Below, piece after piece: positions 48,398 through 61,785 of a DNA stretch of 64,000 bases (position 1 is its first letter; each line of letters opens with the position of its first letter). Below the pieces are notes generated by a model that searched no databases, was not told where the DNA came from, and worked only from the letters and a program-made list of their open reading frames with translations. The translations under genes were made by a program, and so were the position numbers. The stretch is from Balanoglossus misakiensis (lineage: Eukaryota > Animalia > Hemichordata), in NCBI GenBank assembly GCA_040954595.2, contig CM082579.2, forward strand, positions 4,453,227 through 4,517,226, written 5' to 3'.

Positions 48398-48567
48398 CTA
48401 AAAAAGAAAAGGGAAAAGAAGAAAAAAATAGGATGAGATATAACAAACGTAATGCATGTTAATTATTCTTGCGTCTCCCGCGTTACTGAAAACTGTTGAC
48501 GGGGAGAGTGTAAACAATAAACATGCTGTCGTTGGGGTTCAAGACACCACCGGCCGGGGCGACCTAC

Positions 48568-48687
48568 CGGAGATACCGACTGTGTTGAGTGCACGGCGGG
48601 TAAAGACTTGGTTCGGCGGGTCAGGAATTTGTGCGCCGTGAATTTCTTGCTGGTGACACCTCGCTGTCTGCGCAACAGGTGCAGCAT
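48568..48687 (-). CDS. CNBD2-like proximal alternative first coding exon (40 aa)
   Basis: ATG at 48687, MLHLLRRQRGVTSKKFTAHKFLTRRTKSLPAVHSTQSVSP, donor CCG|GTAGGT in phase 0, matching the phase-0 acceptor at 48397. Confidence 0.5.
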
Positions 48688-49231
48688 TGTGTCTCTGACT
48701 GGAAACACTCCGCGGCTGGCTCGAGCGCTGAAAACAGCTCATGGGTCGAACCGGCTTACTGATCGGTGACTTTTGGTAGCACCAAAGGGGGTGCAGTTTC
48801 ACCGTCGCGGTCGTTGTCTTGTCATTAAACGACTACAATCTAAGCATGTTTGTCACACTTGGGCAATTACAATAGACATGCTAATTGAAAGCGTGCCACG
48901 TGACAAATTATCTTTGCATCGTGTATTAATTCCAACCGCAGCCATTCGCTTTTTTTATTTTCTGTGTCTCATTACAGCGAAAACATCCAATGAGTCGTCT
49001 GATTTATATTGTGCTTGGCCAGTGACTTGACACAAAGGCATACTCGTCACATAAAGTTTTATAGCCAATCCAGCCAGCTCATTTGTGTGCTGTTAAAACC
49101 CACTAATCGCATTATTTTTTAGCGTTGGCGACTGAACTCCATTGTAACGTGGAATTTGCCAAAATCGAGCCAGGACCAGACCCGATGTACACGGTCCTTT
49201 TGGGCAACCACAGGAGACTAGCGCGATGACT

Positions 49232-49245
49232 GTTGCTATGGATAC
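49232..49245. promoter_or_regulatory. RFX X-box
   Basis: GTTGCTATGGATAC (reverse complement GTATCCATAGCAAC) fits GTHNYYATRRNAAC; it lies ~545 nt upstream of the proximal CNBD2 ATG. Confidence 0.5.
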
Positions 49246-50142
49246 GTTAAATGGGGTCGGGTCGACAACAGGCCGGGACTCCATTGGGTGTCCATAATTG
49301 CCGAACATTGCTTAGCGAATTGGCTCCGAACAGGCTGGTGAATGGGTCGTTAAACAGGTAGATGGCAAGACCTGGCTATTGAGGCGCGAGAACGTCCGTT
49401 CCGGTGGCTGGACTCTTATAAAAGCTGGACATTCTTCTACAGTGCCCCCCCCCCCCCCCCTTCAACTCGCAAGCGATGAAACACATGTAGAAGATATATT
49501 AACAGTTTGTGGCCTTCGAGCAAAAATGTCAACGTGTTTTACATGTTCTTGTGTTAGGTTTGGCTGCCATGCATTACTGACTCCGCTTCGAAAAAGTGAT
49601 GAATTGCCCCTCGCCTGTTTGACGTCTGTAGTCGCACAAAAAACTTCCAGGCCTAAGCGTTTACCGGCCTACGCCGAAGTGTCCGGTAATTGCGGACATG
49701 ACATGTCAGGATTATATTAATTAAGTCACGGGGTGATAAATGACAAATTTGTCCAGTTCATAATTAGCCGGACAAAATAAGCTGACTTAATTGCAGTCCC
49801 TTCCACAGGATCGCAGAAACAACTCATTTGTGTCAGACTTGACTGACGTGTGTCGTTCAACATGATAACACAACAATTTGTTTCTTCGCGTTGCCCGGCT
49901 AGAATTCATTCGTCATTGGGCAAACAGTCGTGACTGCACTGAGTCTACACCACCACCCAAACTTTCATTCTTTCACCTTCACCTTACAGGTGAGAAACCC
50001 AAACGCCCCATTAGACTACTGTACGTTTCGCCGTCACCAAACGCACAGAATCGGCGCATACTCTCGAGATACACGCAAGCAAGCGCCCTCTATCGGTAAC
50101 AATAGCATGAAATCTGACTCGTACATACATACTGGACCAAGA

Positions 50143-50381
50143 TCACTCTGGTAGGTCGTTAAATACCCGCTCATTTTGGGTGGTTTCGCTCATTTGGAAA
50201 CATTCTCAAAACAACAGCTTACAAATTATTTGGTTTGGAGTGAGAATGTTGGTGAAAAAGTTTTTTTCATTTGTTTTTCCGTGGTTTCAACGCATTTTGG
50301 CCAAAGATGACCCAGCAAAATTTGAATGAGCAAACCCCAAAATAAATGAGCAGGTGTTGTAAGCGAAATGCCAAAGAAGTA
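50143..50381. mobile_element. Degenerate MITE-like inverted repeat
   Basis: Left CACTCTGGTAGGTCGTTAAATACCCGCTCATTTTGGG...GCTCATT loosely mirrors right AATGAGCAAACCCCAAAATAAATGAGCAGGTGTTGTAAGCGAAATGCCAAAG; no clear TSD. Confidence 0.35.
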
Positions 50382-53300
50382 TTCACACCCTTCCAACACT
50401 TGATTTATTCGAACGGTAATTTACAAAAGAGTCCATCATTCTATCCACTTTACGTCACGCAATTACGTCACCATTATACTTTTCGTTGTCGATTGGCCAC
50501 GGAGAGTCTGACGATCACGCACGACGACCATTCCACATATTGTGATCGAAAATTCTCTGTAGTCTACGCGCGAATTCAGGAACTCAGCTTAACCCCACAG
50601 TACTATTTTGTCACCCCAAACTGGACTGAGCAGAATGCAATACAGCTGACAACGCCTAGTTCAAAGGCATCACTGAGACACATTCAAACTCGATGACGTC
50701 AATGCGAACAATGACACTGATTGATCCGGGGCAGCTTAGTGTATCAGCAATGTTTGGTTCCTATCGCCCATGTCCAATTTTCGCAAACAAACATCCAATT
50801 ATTTTGGAAGATATCGATCAACAGTTTCACAAACACGGCGTATTTGCCTGCGCGAGGATGAGCCACTTATTTCGAATAAAAAAGAACTTCTGTGTATCGT
50901 AGGAACCGTGGCGGTGTCACCGACGCGAACTATAAATAAGAGCGCCGGGAAACGATATGAATATCGAATAAAGACTATTTACAGTGTCTGAAAATAATAG
51001 GCATCGCTTGACAAAGACCTGTTTTCAATGATCTGTCAGCTATGAAGTGCCATCCAAATATTGCAAAACACTGCGACTGAATTGACGGCTGTCGCCGGTC
51101 TCCAAGGGCCCTCGCTCACACAGACATGATTTGGTCGTTTAGGCATGGAAGAGAATCATGTTTATCTAAAAAATAATTATAATAAAAATAAATATACGTG
51201 ACACATGCTCTCGCGTTTATATTGATTGATTGTTACCCAGGACTACATGTTACATCGTCTGGTCAGAGCCGTGTCATTTATAAGGATTTCAGACCAATTG
51301 CAACGTTTCTTAGGCCAACATATAGCTGCTACAGGTGGGAGTGGTAGGAGGCGCCTTTTTCGCGCCTTTGCCTTCACGTGTGTTGCACTGCAGTGTGTTG
51401 CCTGAAAAGTACCTTTGACTGGGCGTCATATTTTTTGCCAGAAATAGGCCAACCGTATACTAGTAAATTATAGGTGTTGAAAGCGTGTCCACTCAACCGT
51501 ACAGATAACTGCATCGGCGCGAAATGACACCACATGCAAACCTTTAATATTTCTAAATTTCCACACTTTGGTACCAATCGCTGCCATCGCGGATGCGGAT
51601 TCAAGTTGCCATATCTGGTGCGATGTAGATTGTGGCATTATTTGGCGTGTGGTACAAACATGAGATTATTTTTAAAACACGCTCTGCTGTGATTATCCGT
51701 AGTCATGGAGACCACGACTCTATCCGTGAGCATTTCGATTTCAAGCCCGATTTCAATTTAAATTTGTATATCCGATGAAGCGCCGTGCTTTGTTTTGCTT
51801 TGAGAAAATTTCGTTTGCAACATGCATAGGTGTTGGCGGTGGCGATGTGGCCTATCTCCTGCACTATCATTAGGGATTTAGTCACTTGTGACTTAGTATT
51901 TTCAAACATAGGGGAAGGTCGGGGGATTTGGAGGGAAATCTGTCCTAGAGAGGCAGTACTGGGCCGGGGGACAAGAGACTTTGGGGAATGGTTCAGGGGT
52001 GGGGATAGGTAACTAAGGTAAACTAATTTTAGTTATTGATCTTTTTATGTCCTCCCAAATGCGATATACATGTACATGATTTATTTTTTTCAATTCTGGA
52101 ATCTAAGCGATGATCAGTTTAGACAAACAAATGTATTGCTATTAAATTATGGGACTAGTAAGATTTAACGATGAGCAGTTTAAACAAAAAATATAATGCT
52201 GATATTAAATTACAGGACTGGCAGGTTTGTCCAAAACGCTCGTTTTGTTTGTCGCTATGGACGCCGCATGCATGTGCCATCGAAATCTCAGTCGTACATA
52301 GCAACGACGAAGAATCCCTTGTCGCTCATTACATGTTCGGGGTTCAAAGGTCAAGAGCGGCGGCTGTGTGTTGAGCCAGCCCGCTTGCTCACGGATATAT
52401 CTTGAAAACGTCCCTTTTACGATTACAAATTATTCCAAAACGATAAACAACTTCAGCGCGCGCTCTTGTGATGCCTCGGTCGCCGTAGCTCCGAGAACCC
52501 GGCAAATACTGAGTCCTGTTGACCTTCAGCGGACTCTGCTGCGGGTTTTTTCAATGCTGGAGTTCTTTTCTAAATGCTAGTTTTCTGTACGCAGCGCTGC
52601 TGTTGTGCCCACGCCGACCCGTATTGTGGTAGTTAGCATCTCGAACAACCCGACTCCTGGTTTGTTTTGAGAGAGTTCGTCTTCCTTGACATAGATCAGC
52701 CCCCTTCCAATTGTCCCCGGCCTTTCATAGACGACCACGGTTGAAAAAATAAGGTGGCGAACAACAAAAGAAGACAGCGGATTATTCTCGGTGGAGTTTT
52801 GTTGGGTTATTACGGGTTTACAACGTTCGACTTGGACGTTGGTGCAATTATGCCGAGACAATCCGCGCTCCGCTGTACACCTGGCTTTGCGGAATCTCAC
52901 GAAATCTTTAGCGGTGTTCCTGATTACCGCTATAGTATAATTAGTGAACCGGACAGGGTGTGAATGTAAAGCGCGAAGATAACTCTTTGGGGTTAATTAA
53001 GTGTAATTACGTGATAATACGCCGTGATATTTCTTCACATGGTGTTACCAATTAGAAAGGACGGTATGCACCTTTGAGTCTCCCGGGAGATAAATCGGGC
53101 AGTCGACTGGTCATCTGACGTTTGTAAATATAACGGAGAGGTGTGACACGCGATCATTCTTTCTCCCCCTTTTATCCCCAACAGACTGTCTGTCTGTTTC
53201 TCCCTCCCTCCCCACCCCTTCCTTCACCTTCTCTCTCTCTCCCTCGAACACGAATGTGATCAATTTAACATCGAAGGACGATGCCATATATCATGGCGGG

Positions 53301-53872
53301 GCTAACGTTTCCAGAGCACGGGGCGACGAATGGACAACAGCGGACAACATACCTGTTGTCACCGTTACACTAACTCGCAGTTCCCTCGGGGGGAAACAGT
53401 TTGGTAATCCCGAGTAACATTGCCTGTAAACCCTCTAACACAATCACTATCATTATAACCCAGTGACTTCCAACAACAGGATCACCGTTGAAGTATCTTT
53501 ATCATGGTAATAACGCAAGACCCTGAAGTTAAGGGTCTGTGTAGTGACTAAATCTGTTTTGTATTTCAAGGGTGTCCTTTGGATGACGGGATTTTGTTTC
53601 TTCAAGCTGAAAAACTGAAACTCGTCAATGGGAACGTCTTCGTTGCATAAAGTTTGGAAGAATGTGGAAGACAGTAGGGGAAGCCATTGTTTAAAGATCG
53701 CAAACAACCAAATTATCTTCAGCATGTCCTCGTGATAACGGCAAGATTTGTTATTCAACAATGTTAAACCTATCAGTGGCGAAGTGGGAATGTTTTTCTT
53801 TTTTTCAATGGAGACCATTACTCGATGTACAGAAGAGCAGCACACCAGAAAAGTGTGTTAATTTAGACCTAC

Positions 53873-54370
53873 TTGTTCGGCCGCCTGAAGTTTAAGTTGT
53901 CGGTGAACATCGCTAGCCAGAGTTTGTTGGACGTCGGGTGCCGGGTTCTGAAGCCAGCGCTGCTGCTTCGCACCTCCGACGTTGACTCGGGACTGTTTTG
54001 GCGACGGTGTGTCCATTGTCCCGCTGCCCAGTTGCTTGTCTCTGCCGCCGAGATCGGACTGCTGCTTGCCGGCGGCGCGCTGGGCGGCCGAGCTGGGCAC
54101 GGCCGCGTCCATGGTGTGTCTCCTGCCCGCCGACTTGGCGCTCCTCAGCCAGCTGTTCAGCTGCGGTGTGGCCGGCACGCTCCTGTGCAAGCTTCTGCGC
54201 CGCCGCTGGCTGCGGTGTCCGTAGTGGTCCGCCTCCGCGGAGTCCTCCTCATCATGACGCGGCGGCGCTGGCTGCTGCTGGCAATGATCGTGGTAGCTAG
54301 GGGGCACCAACACGCTGGGTGATACCAGCTTGATCTGTTTACAGTAGTCGCTGCCGGTGACAGCCCTCAT
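53873..54370 (-). CDS. CNBD2-like middle alternative first (or cassette) coding exon (~166 aa)
   Basis: GC-rich open frame MRAVTGS...LKLQAAEQ ending in a phase-0 donor CAA|GTAGGT; a weak in-frame acceptor at 54334 is also possible. Confidence 0.62.
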
Positions 54371-57300
54371 TATCAACAGGTCATTTGTGATTCAAAGAAA
54401 GAGCACCGGGTGACCCTTCGGAATGAAAAAAAGGTATAATTGGAAGAAAACCAAGCGAGTCAAGATTGGCACCCGGACAACAAATCCCGCATAACGGGTG
54501 ACAAAAAAACCCTATAGCAACGGTCGAATTATAGACAATAGTCCGAAGAAGCTGACCAGGCCAATGGAATTACAAGGAGCCATACTTTTTACGCATCGCT
54601 TGGCCCTTTCGTTGTTACTCATTTAATTTACGGTTTGGATATCAGGCCACGCTTGTTTGCTATAAAAAGATGCGTTTTCATATTTAGATTTCGAATTAAA
54701 TCGCCATTGAAATTGGTAAATGAGAATGGGACGCATCTCATCTCCGGCAGGCACGTGAAATCGAGAGGCTATTAAACCCGGGTGACATTTCATTGTCGTT
54801 GATTTTCAAAAGGTATACAAAATTCACGCAAAACTGATTTGTAACTTTTACTTGACGTCATTTCCAGTACTGGTGTTTAGAATTAGCTTCCAATTATTCG
54901 GCAGTAAATCAACATTTCCAATTATGTTTTTTACACCGTATGTCCCTTTAGAAATCAGGGCAGTCTACGACTAAAATTACTAAAGTTGTATACTGATTAA
55001 TCCAATTGCCTGCGAAGCAGATCAAAAGTTTTTCCTGCACTAAGCCAGAGATACGTGCCATACAAATCAAAGACGCACAAAAAATACTTTTCAAAGTTAC
55101 TTTTTCCCCGAGAAAATAAATACGCGTATGTAGAAAAAAATATATGTCGACATCAGTAACAACCACGGCTGCCATCACTTTCCTAGTTTAACACCAACCT
55201 TACCTCCAGACGACCGACAGTAAATGCAGAAATGATCACGTGACCGTCGATTACTCTACTTTCGTCGAGCAAGAAGAAATAGCCCTCAGAAATTGACACT
55301 GAAATCGGCTGTACGACTTCGCTGGGTGAAAAGCTATCGAAAGTCAACGTTCAACCCTACAAACCTTTCTTAAATTATACTTTCTTGTTGTTTGTCCACG
55401 TCACGTGGTGTTTGCAGCCGTCTGTGCTGCGCACATATTTTTATTATTGGCAAACAGTGAGGGGCTCATGTGCAAATTTGAATGCAGAGGTTCCAGTAAC
55501 AGCTTTTAAACAAAAGTATCAAGGCGAACACTTGAAGTAATCAGTTTTGTATTTGCTGTTTGACCGCACACACCTGTATTATTTGCCCTTGCGTAATTCT
55601 GCTGTGTAAATGTAACGTTCTTGGTGATAAATTATCTCAAAATGTAATGTGAGCAAACAAAATCCGTATCAAAGTCTAATTTGCTCAAAGCCGTGCACTT
55701 GTCGCCATGCTACTCTGTAGAGGGCGCTAATAGCCACAAGTCGAAAACCGCTGGGTTATAATTCACAGACAGACGTGAGCAAATAAAATATTTTCCTGCT
55801 AATGTACTATAACATAACACAAAAGAATCTTAATTGACACTGGGGAAAAGCATGACGTCAGGGAAATTGCGAAAAGGTCATTAGATCAGTTTTTACGTAA
55901 CGTTAATATATTTTTTTCTGACACGCCCTTAGTTAAACATACGAAAATGTTAGTTTTATTTACACACTGCTTATTTTGGAGCATTTGATGTAACGTGTCT
56001 AATTTTCCGCTGTCGGTTTCATTAAAATTTCTGTGTAGTTTGGTTCAGAGCGTGGCAGATATCTTTACGCGTTTTGTTTGATCGAGGAAATTGGCAACTT
56101 CATTGCACGGCCGGGTGCCTACCGGCGTTTGCTCCGCTAATCATGCAACAGGAAACGAACTATGCTTTGCGGGTGCTGTCGCAGTACGGAAGCGGTCACC
56201 CGCCAAAACTTAAGCCATCGAACAGGAATATCAAACGCCACTGACATTTGAACAACTGGATTCCTTCGTTTTTTGGCCTGTCTTTTTTACGTATAGTTAG
56301 CTTTTGAGATAAACAGTTACCGTGGTATTCCTGCTGTCGAACGCGCACGAGTAAAGGTTTTATTACAGGAAACATACCCTTTCAAACGAATTGAAGTGCA
56401 CATATTCTCAGAGTCATCTAATATTGAGTAAGTAAACCGCCTCCCTAGTAGTCTGCATATTTCTGGAAAGCAGAAACATTTGGAAATGCGACTGCGTATA
56501 TTTCGATGACCATGTTTACACAGAGGGCACGTGACCAATATTTTCCCCGTGCCATTATAGTCATTGGAGCTATATTCATTCTCTGATTGCTGCATGGACA
56601 GTACGAGCGAGACAGTCTATCCTTGCAGCTGCTAATACTTGATGGTGCACCAGAAAACCCTAACCCTAACCGGAGTAATGTGTATGTCATGCATACATGG
56701 CGCGGTGTAAGTAGAGCTCTGTAAAGCTGGTGATTTAGTAAACGATATGCTATTGTAACGCGAATTTCTCATGCAAAGTAAACAGAACCAGAACATTATC
56801 AATGGATAACGCCTCTTTGATGTGTTGCTCGTATTGGTTATCTATGGCGTGTATTGGCATCAAGGTTATGAGTCACGATTCTGCTTGACTCAACTAGTAC
56901 TACATGACCTTCAGAAAGTTTCCACACGGTTTACTCGTGGAGATAAAAATGATCAATACATTCCAAACTGAAGTGGGCGACCTCATCGGCCTGAGTATCG
57001 CGGTCACGGCCTACTAAGCGCGAAAGATTTTAAGTGTTTTATAAACTATGATGTACTGCTTAGAGCAATATATGTCAAGCAATGGGTTTAGGAAACATTT
57101 AATTCCGTCTCATGGGATTACTTCAAAACGTAACCCCTTTCTTGCTCGGTTCATGGGTTGGAAAGTCAGTGATCCGTTTCATTTGTCTACTGAACAAGGA
57201 CCAGAAAAATCGTTCTCTCGCACTTTGCGCCCGTGCAAATCCACAAAGATATCGATCGAGAGGTTTAAAACAGATCTGTGTAAATATTAAGGAAGTCAAA

Positions 57301-60300
57301 CTTTACTGACAAAACACACGGCGTCCTGCAATTTCCACGGCCAGGTTAAGGGATCATGATCTGACACTACAGTAATGACTTTCCTCAGGAACATGAGATA
57401 AAAAGCGAAAATGGTGAACATTTGTATTTGTCTGATAGTTTGGAATCAGTGTCCTCACGCCCATTATTAACTTTGGGGGTTCGAAACTTTGCAAGTACCC
57501 GAACTCTTGTGGGTTGCCTAGCGACGCTGGTGACTGGATGAACTTGACAATTTATAACTGTACATGTGGTCCACGGATCGATAAAACCATAATATAAACA
57601 CGAAACTGACGGGTTTTGAGCAGTTCTTTAAACGGCAAATTCAGCAAGGGAAATTATTGGACCAAAAAGACCTGCTGGCTATTTCGACACACGCACGCAG
57701 CCAATGCACCAACCACAATGGCGCCGGACAGAGTCGAGGAACTCGAGTGATTCCTGAACAATCCAATTACCTCGGGTTATTAACCGCGAAATTCCAATAA
57801 ACGTTCAGCAAACAGATTGATTTCTGCTGAGCGTCTACGGATCCGGGACTGGTGAACGGAAAAGGCATAGCAACATGTCTCTTTTAATATACGAGTAAAA
57901 TGAACTCTAATTATTACGAGTAATAACAAACTCTAAGTTTAGATTTTTGTCAGATTTAGACCATTTTTGCCACCATGATTAAACACCCAATGTGGTTCTA
58001 CTGATGTCGACATATATACACACATGTGTTCTGCCTGATATACAACAACTGACTGGTTATATTCTGCCATACTCAACTAAGGTTATGATGTTCAAACCAT
58101 CGAAAATTGTGACAAACAGGATAGTTTAAATACCTGCTGGTTGAATATAAACTGAGCTCCGAGTGTAAAAGAATCGCCCGCGCAACTCTGTCGCGTAACG
58201 GATGAATATGGCGTCCTTTGGTGCACGTCGTCAAGGCTCTATTGCTTCTGACACCTGCTGGCAATGACGTTCACGTTGTATGGCGTGCGTGCCTGCTCCT
58301 GTCGTCAATCAACTTGTCACGCTCGCCGCATATTTCATTTTTTGAAGGCGACGCCCACCGACAGGTTCGTCACGTATGGCGACACCTAATCAGGACGACC
58401 TCAATTCCGTTCGGAATTGTAAAAATATCGATCGGTGTTGACACCCGGCTAGAAAAATTCCAGCGACAAATTTAGGTCCGATAAAACTTAATTCCCACTC
58501 GTCTATGTCCGTGGAACCGGACTTAAATCCAACCCGGCTTCTGATTATCGCCCCGTCGCAATCTTCGGACCATACACTGTTGCCCGCACGACGTGTGCAT
58601 GAGCATGTAGATTAGGGATCGGGCGAAGCGGGGACTTGGCGTGTGTTGTGTTGTTTGTGAGTAATGCGATCCGCTCGATCATGTTGCAACAAAACAAAAA
58701 GTCTAGCTACTCTTTTTTTCTGTTGTTTCATCGGGTCGTATCTTACCACACTTACTGACACGGCAAATAACAGCACTTCAAAGCCATGTCGTTGTGTCGG
58801 CGTAGTTATTTTCCCTCTCCGTTCTAACAGCCCGTGAAAAGTAACGTCCGTATCTTTGTACGCCTCGGCACGCATGCGTTGCAAGCTATGCGCAGCACCA
58901 TCTGATGTCCACCCCAATTGCTCGCTGAAAGGTTACCGTGTCATGTAAAATACAGCTGGAAGTTTCTGGGACATACTTGGTGCAACTGCCTATGAATTGT
59001 AATCACACGGGAACTTGCATTGATCTGGTATAACGAACCGCCACATGTCCAGCAACAGGTGGTTGCACTCAACTAGTGGAGAGGGCGCCCTCTTGTGAAG
59101 GAACTTCAAATGCACGTTAGATAAAAAGTGTGCTTTGATTTTCTATACAGCAGTAATGGGAAAGCAATGACAGCACCGCCTGGGAATATTGCAATAGGTT
59201 GTGTGGGTCACGGAAATGGTTCATGGTCCCAGACATACAATATCGTTACGAGTACAAATGTATTTCCACAGCAAGAAATATGATAGACGAGAAACTTGAG
59301 ATCTGCCTGAGTGGAGTGGCTTCTCATGTTGACGTGCTTTTAGCTCCGTTGACGCACATCATTGGAGAAGAATTCTGAACCAAACACATAATCCAAAAAC
59401 AAGCGGGTGGATTCATTCAGAAAACAAGATGGGTCATATGAGGGCATCGCACTACCGTCGCAGCGACCAGTTTTAACTCAGCCACCATCCCTGTTGCGTC
59501 ACTTCCTGTTGGAGATCTCGCACCATTACCACATCTGGAAAGTACACTACAGTCCTACGTTGTCGCCTCGAGGTTTGTGCGGCAGAGCCAGTACTGTTGA
59601 TCAGCTGTTTTGCTTTCTCACGAAAAGCCATATGCCTCACTGTTTGATGCAAAATTCCCAGTCTCTGTCACAGGTCTTACATCATCGTATTACTTTCGCG
59701 TTACTTTACACATTTGGTATTTGAAATCAATGCCAACAGAGATTTACTGTGCACTGTACCGATGCACAGGATTCAGAGCATGCCGTTACCCTCGGCACAG
59801 TAACTTACTCTGGCAAAGACAGTTTGGTAAGGGCACTCTGATTCGAGTCACATATCGAATTACATATAAACAAATTTACAAGAGACATATTATCGCAATG
59901 ACGTCACTAGAGTGCAACTGTAGCTGGGGGAGTCTATTTGATTTTCTAGTGTCTTCGCGACAACAACGGTTCACTTGTTTAGGTCATGCATGTAAGGTCG
60001 TGAGAGGTCATGATAATACGACTCTCGTTTCAGGAGGACAAGTATCGCTTTCCATTTGTAAACAAGTTCATTAGATTTTAACGAACCATTTAGTAATTAT
60101 CCTTGAACTTTTCTTTGTTGCAGACAACATTAGAAATCGAGTAAACACGTGACTCCCTGTATGTAGTCACCGACCCAGTTTGAGAAGATCCCCGAGTCAA
60201 CAAGAACAGAAGCTGCGCGAGCTTCGACCTGCTGACTTCGTGACCAGGTCACATGCTAGACAGCTCACAGAATCGTTAGAAAAGCAATGCGATTGCGCGT

Positions 60301-60522
60301 GGCGGCGTATTTGAGGATGTTTGCCTTGAGCATGTACGGCTCATGAGAGACAGCGCCCTCGTCGTCACGGCGAACAAGGGTATTTGTTTTTATGTATACT
60401 TGGTTCATACACAAGTATCCAATCGGCGGGCTCGTTATTCACACACGCTCGCTAGCATCCTCGCACGCAGAGAAACACACACTTCCATCAATATCACTAG
60501 ATTAAAATGTATATCTACTCAC

Positions 60523-61785
60523 TATTTCTTTCATCAGCAATCTGTTCATCTCTCCGGCAGTTACTGGTCTTGACCCTCTCCTTGAGGCGGAGAATCTGCT
60601 GACTGTGCTGCTCCTCTTTGAGCCAGGCGGCGATGTTGACTTCTCCGTCGCCGTATTGCCCTCTGACGTCATAAAACGGACTTGAAGGCCACAGACGGTC
60701 GATCTCCTACTGTTAGTGTTCATATTCTGAGCCTCATCCGAAATGGATGACCGTCTTCCTGTGGCGGGACCCGACGATACGCGTCTCTTCATCAATTCAC
60801 GCGAGTTCCGTATAGACCTGTCGTCATTTTCGTCCATCCCACGTGAGTTCTGATCGCCATTACTGATCACCTGACCTATACCGGGCGCGCTGTGCCGTCT
60901 CACCGCGTCGAGAGGCTGTTGCCTGGCAACTGATCGGAGGGACTTCATATCTGCCAGTGCCTTAACGAGGTAGGTTTTTGTTTCTTCCCTGAATTTCGAC
61001 GTTTCGGGTATTTTCTCACAGGAATGTCTCAGAAAGGAACCTTTAGCGTGGTTGGAGAGGTTTGATTTGAGTCTTGAGGTCACGGTGAAGATGTCCGAAT
61101 CGCTCTTCCAGCGGCGGAGGGCTGATGGGGTGGTGTCATCCGTGGATGGCGATCCTTTCCCCGCGGGACGGTTTCCTCTTGTCGTGTCGGATCTCCGGGT
61201 GTTCAGGCTGGAAACACCAGTTTTGCGCGTCCTGAGCACACCGCTGCCGCCGTTTGCTATCTGTCCGTTCGGTGCCATTCGGCCGCCGCTCGGGTCTCCG
61301 GCGTCTCTTCCGTTGACAGCATCCGGGGTATTTCGGTTCCGTCGCCACAGGAGTCCACTTTCCCTGAGCCTCCTTCTCGTTTCTCTCCTCTTCTTCTTCA
61401 ATCTAAGCTTCTCCTCCTCGCTCACTCCCACCGGCGGCGGGAATGGGAACTCCAGGTCGGGGTCCAGCCCCAGGCGAAGGAGTCTCGCCCTTCTGTCCTC
61501 TCCCAAGTCGGCGCCGGCCGATTCGTCGTCGGACTCCGACGAACTGCTGTATTGGAGACCGGACAGCCGGAACTCCACCCTCCTGGATCTCTTGGCGGGA
61601 ACTTTCACCTGGGCGCTCTCTCGCTCCCTGGCCTCCTCCTGGGCCTGCAGTTTGGCGACCATTCGGATGGCGTCCAGGCTGCCCTGGTAGTTCTCCGGTC
61701 GCACGTACTCGTCGAAGATTTCATCGTCGATGTGCGGCTGGTAGACCTCGTCCTGGATGACACTTTTCTTGCGAATGCCGGGCAT
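60523..61785 (-). CDS. CNBD2-like distal first coding exon (421 aa, low complexity, Arg/Ser-rich)
   Basis: Long GC-rich ORF MPGIRKKS...LMKEI ending in a phase-0 donor ATA|GTGAGT; acceptor TTTTTTCAG| at 61887 upstream of the ATG. Its link to the CNBD2 core is inferred from strand and phase. Confidence 0.75.

Noticed and set aside
59530-59631. Possible fourth CNBD2 first exon (MAFREKAKQLINSTG...FPDV|GTAATG)
   Set aside because: Phase would fit, but the donor is weak and there is no compositional support
61052-61690. 212-aa + strand ORF
   Set aside because: Antisense shadow of the 421-aa minus-strand exon
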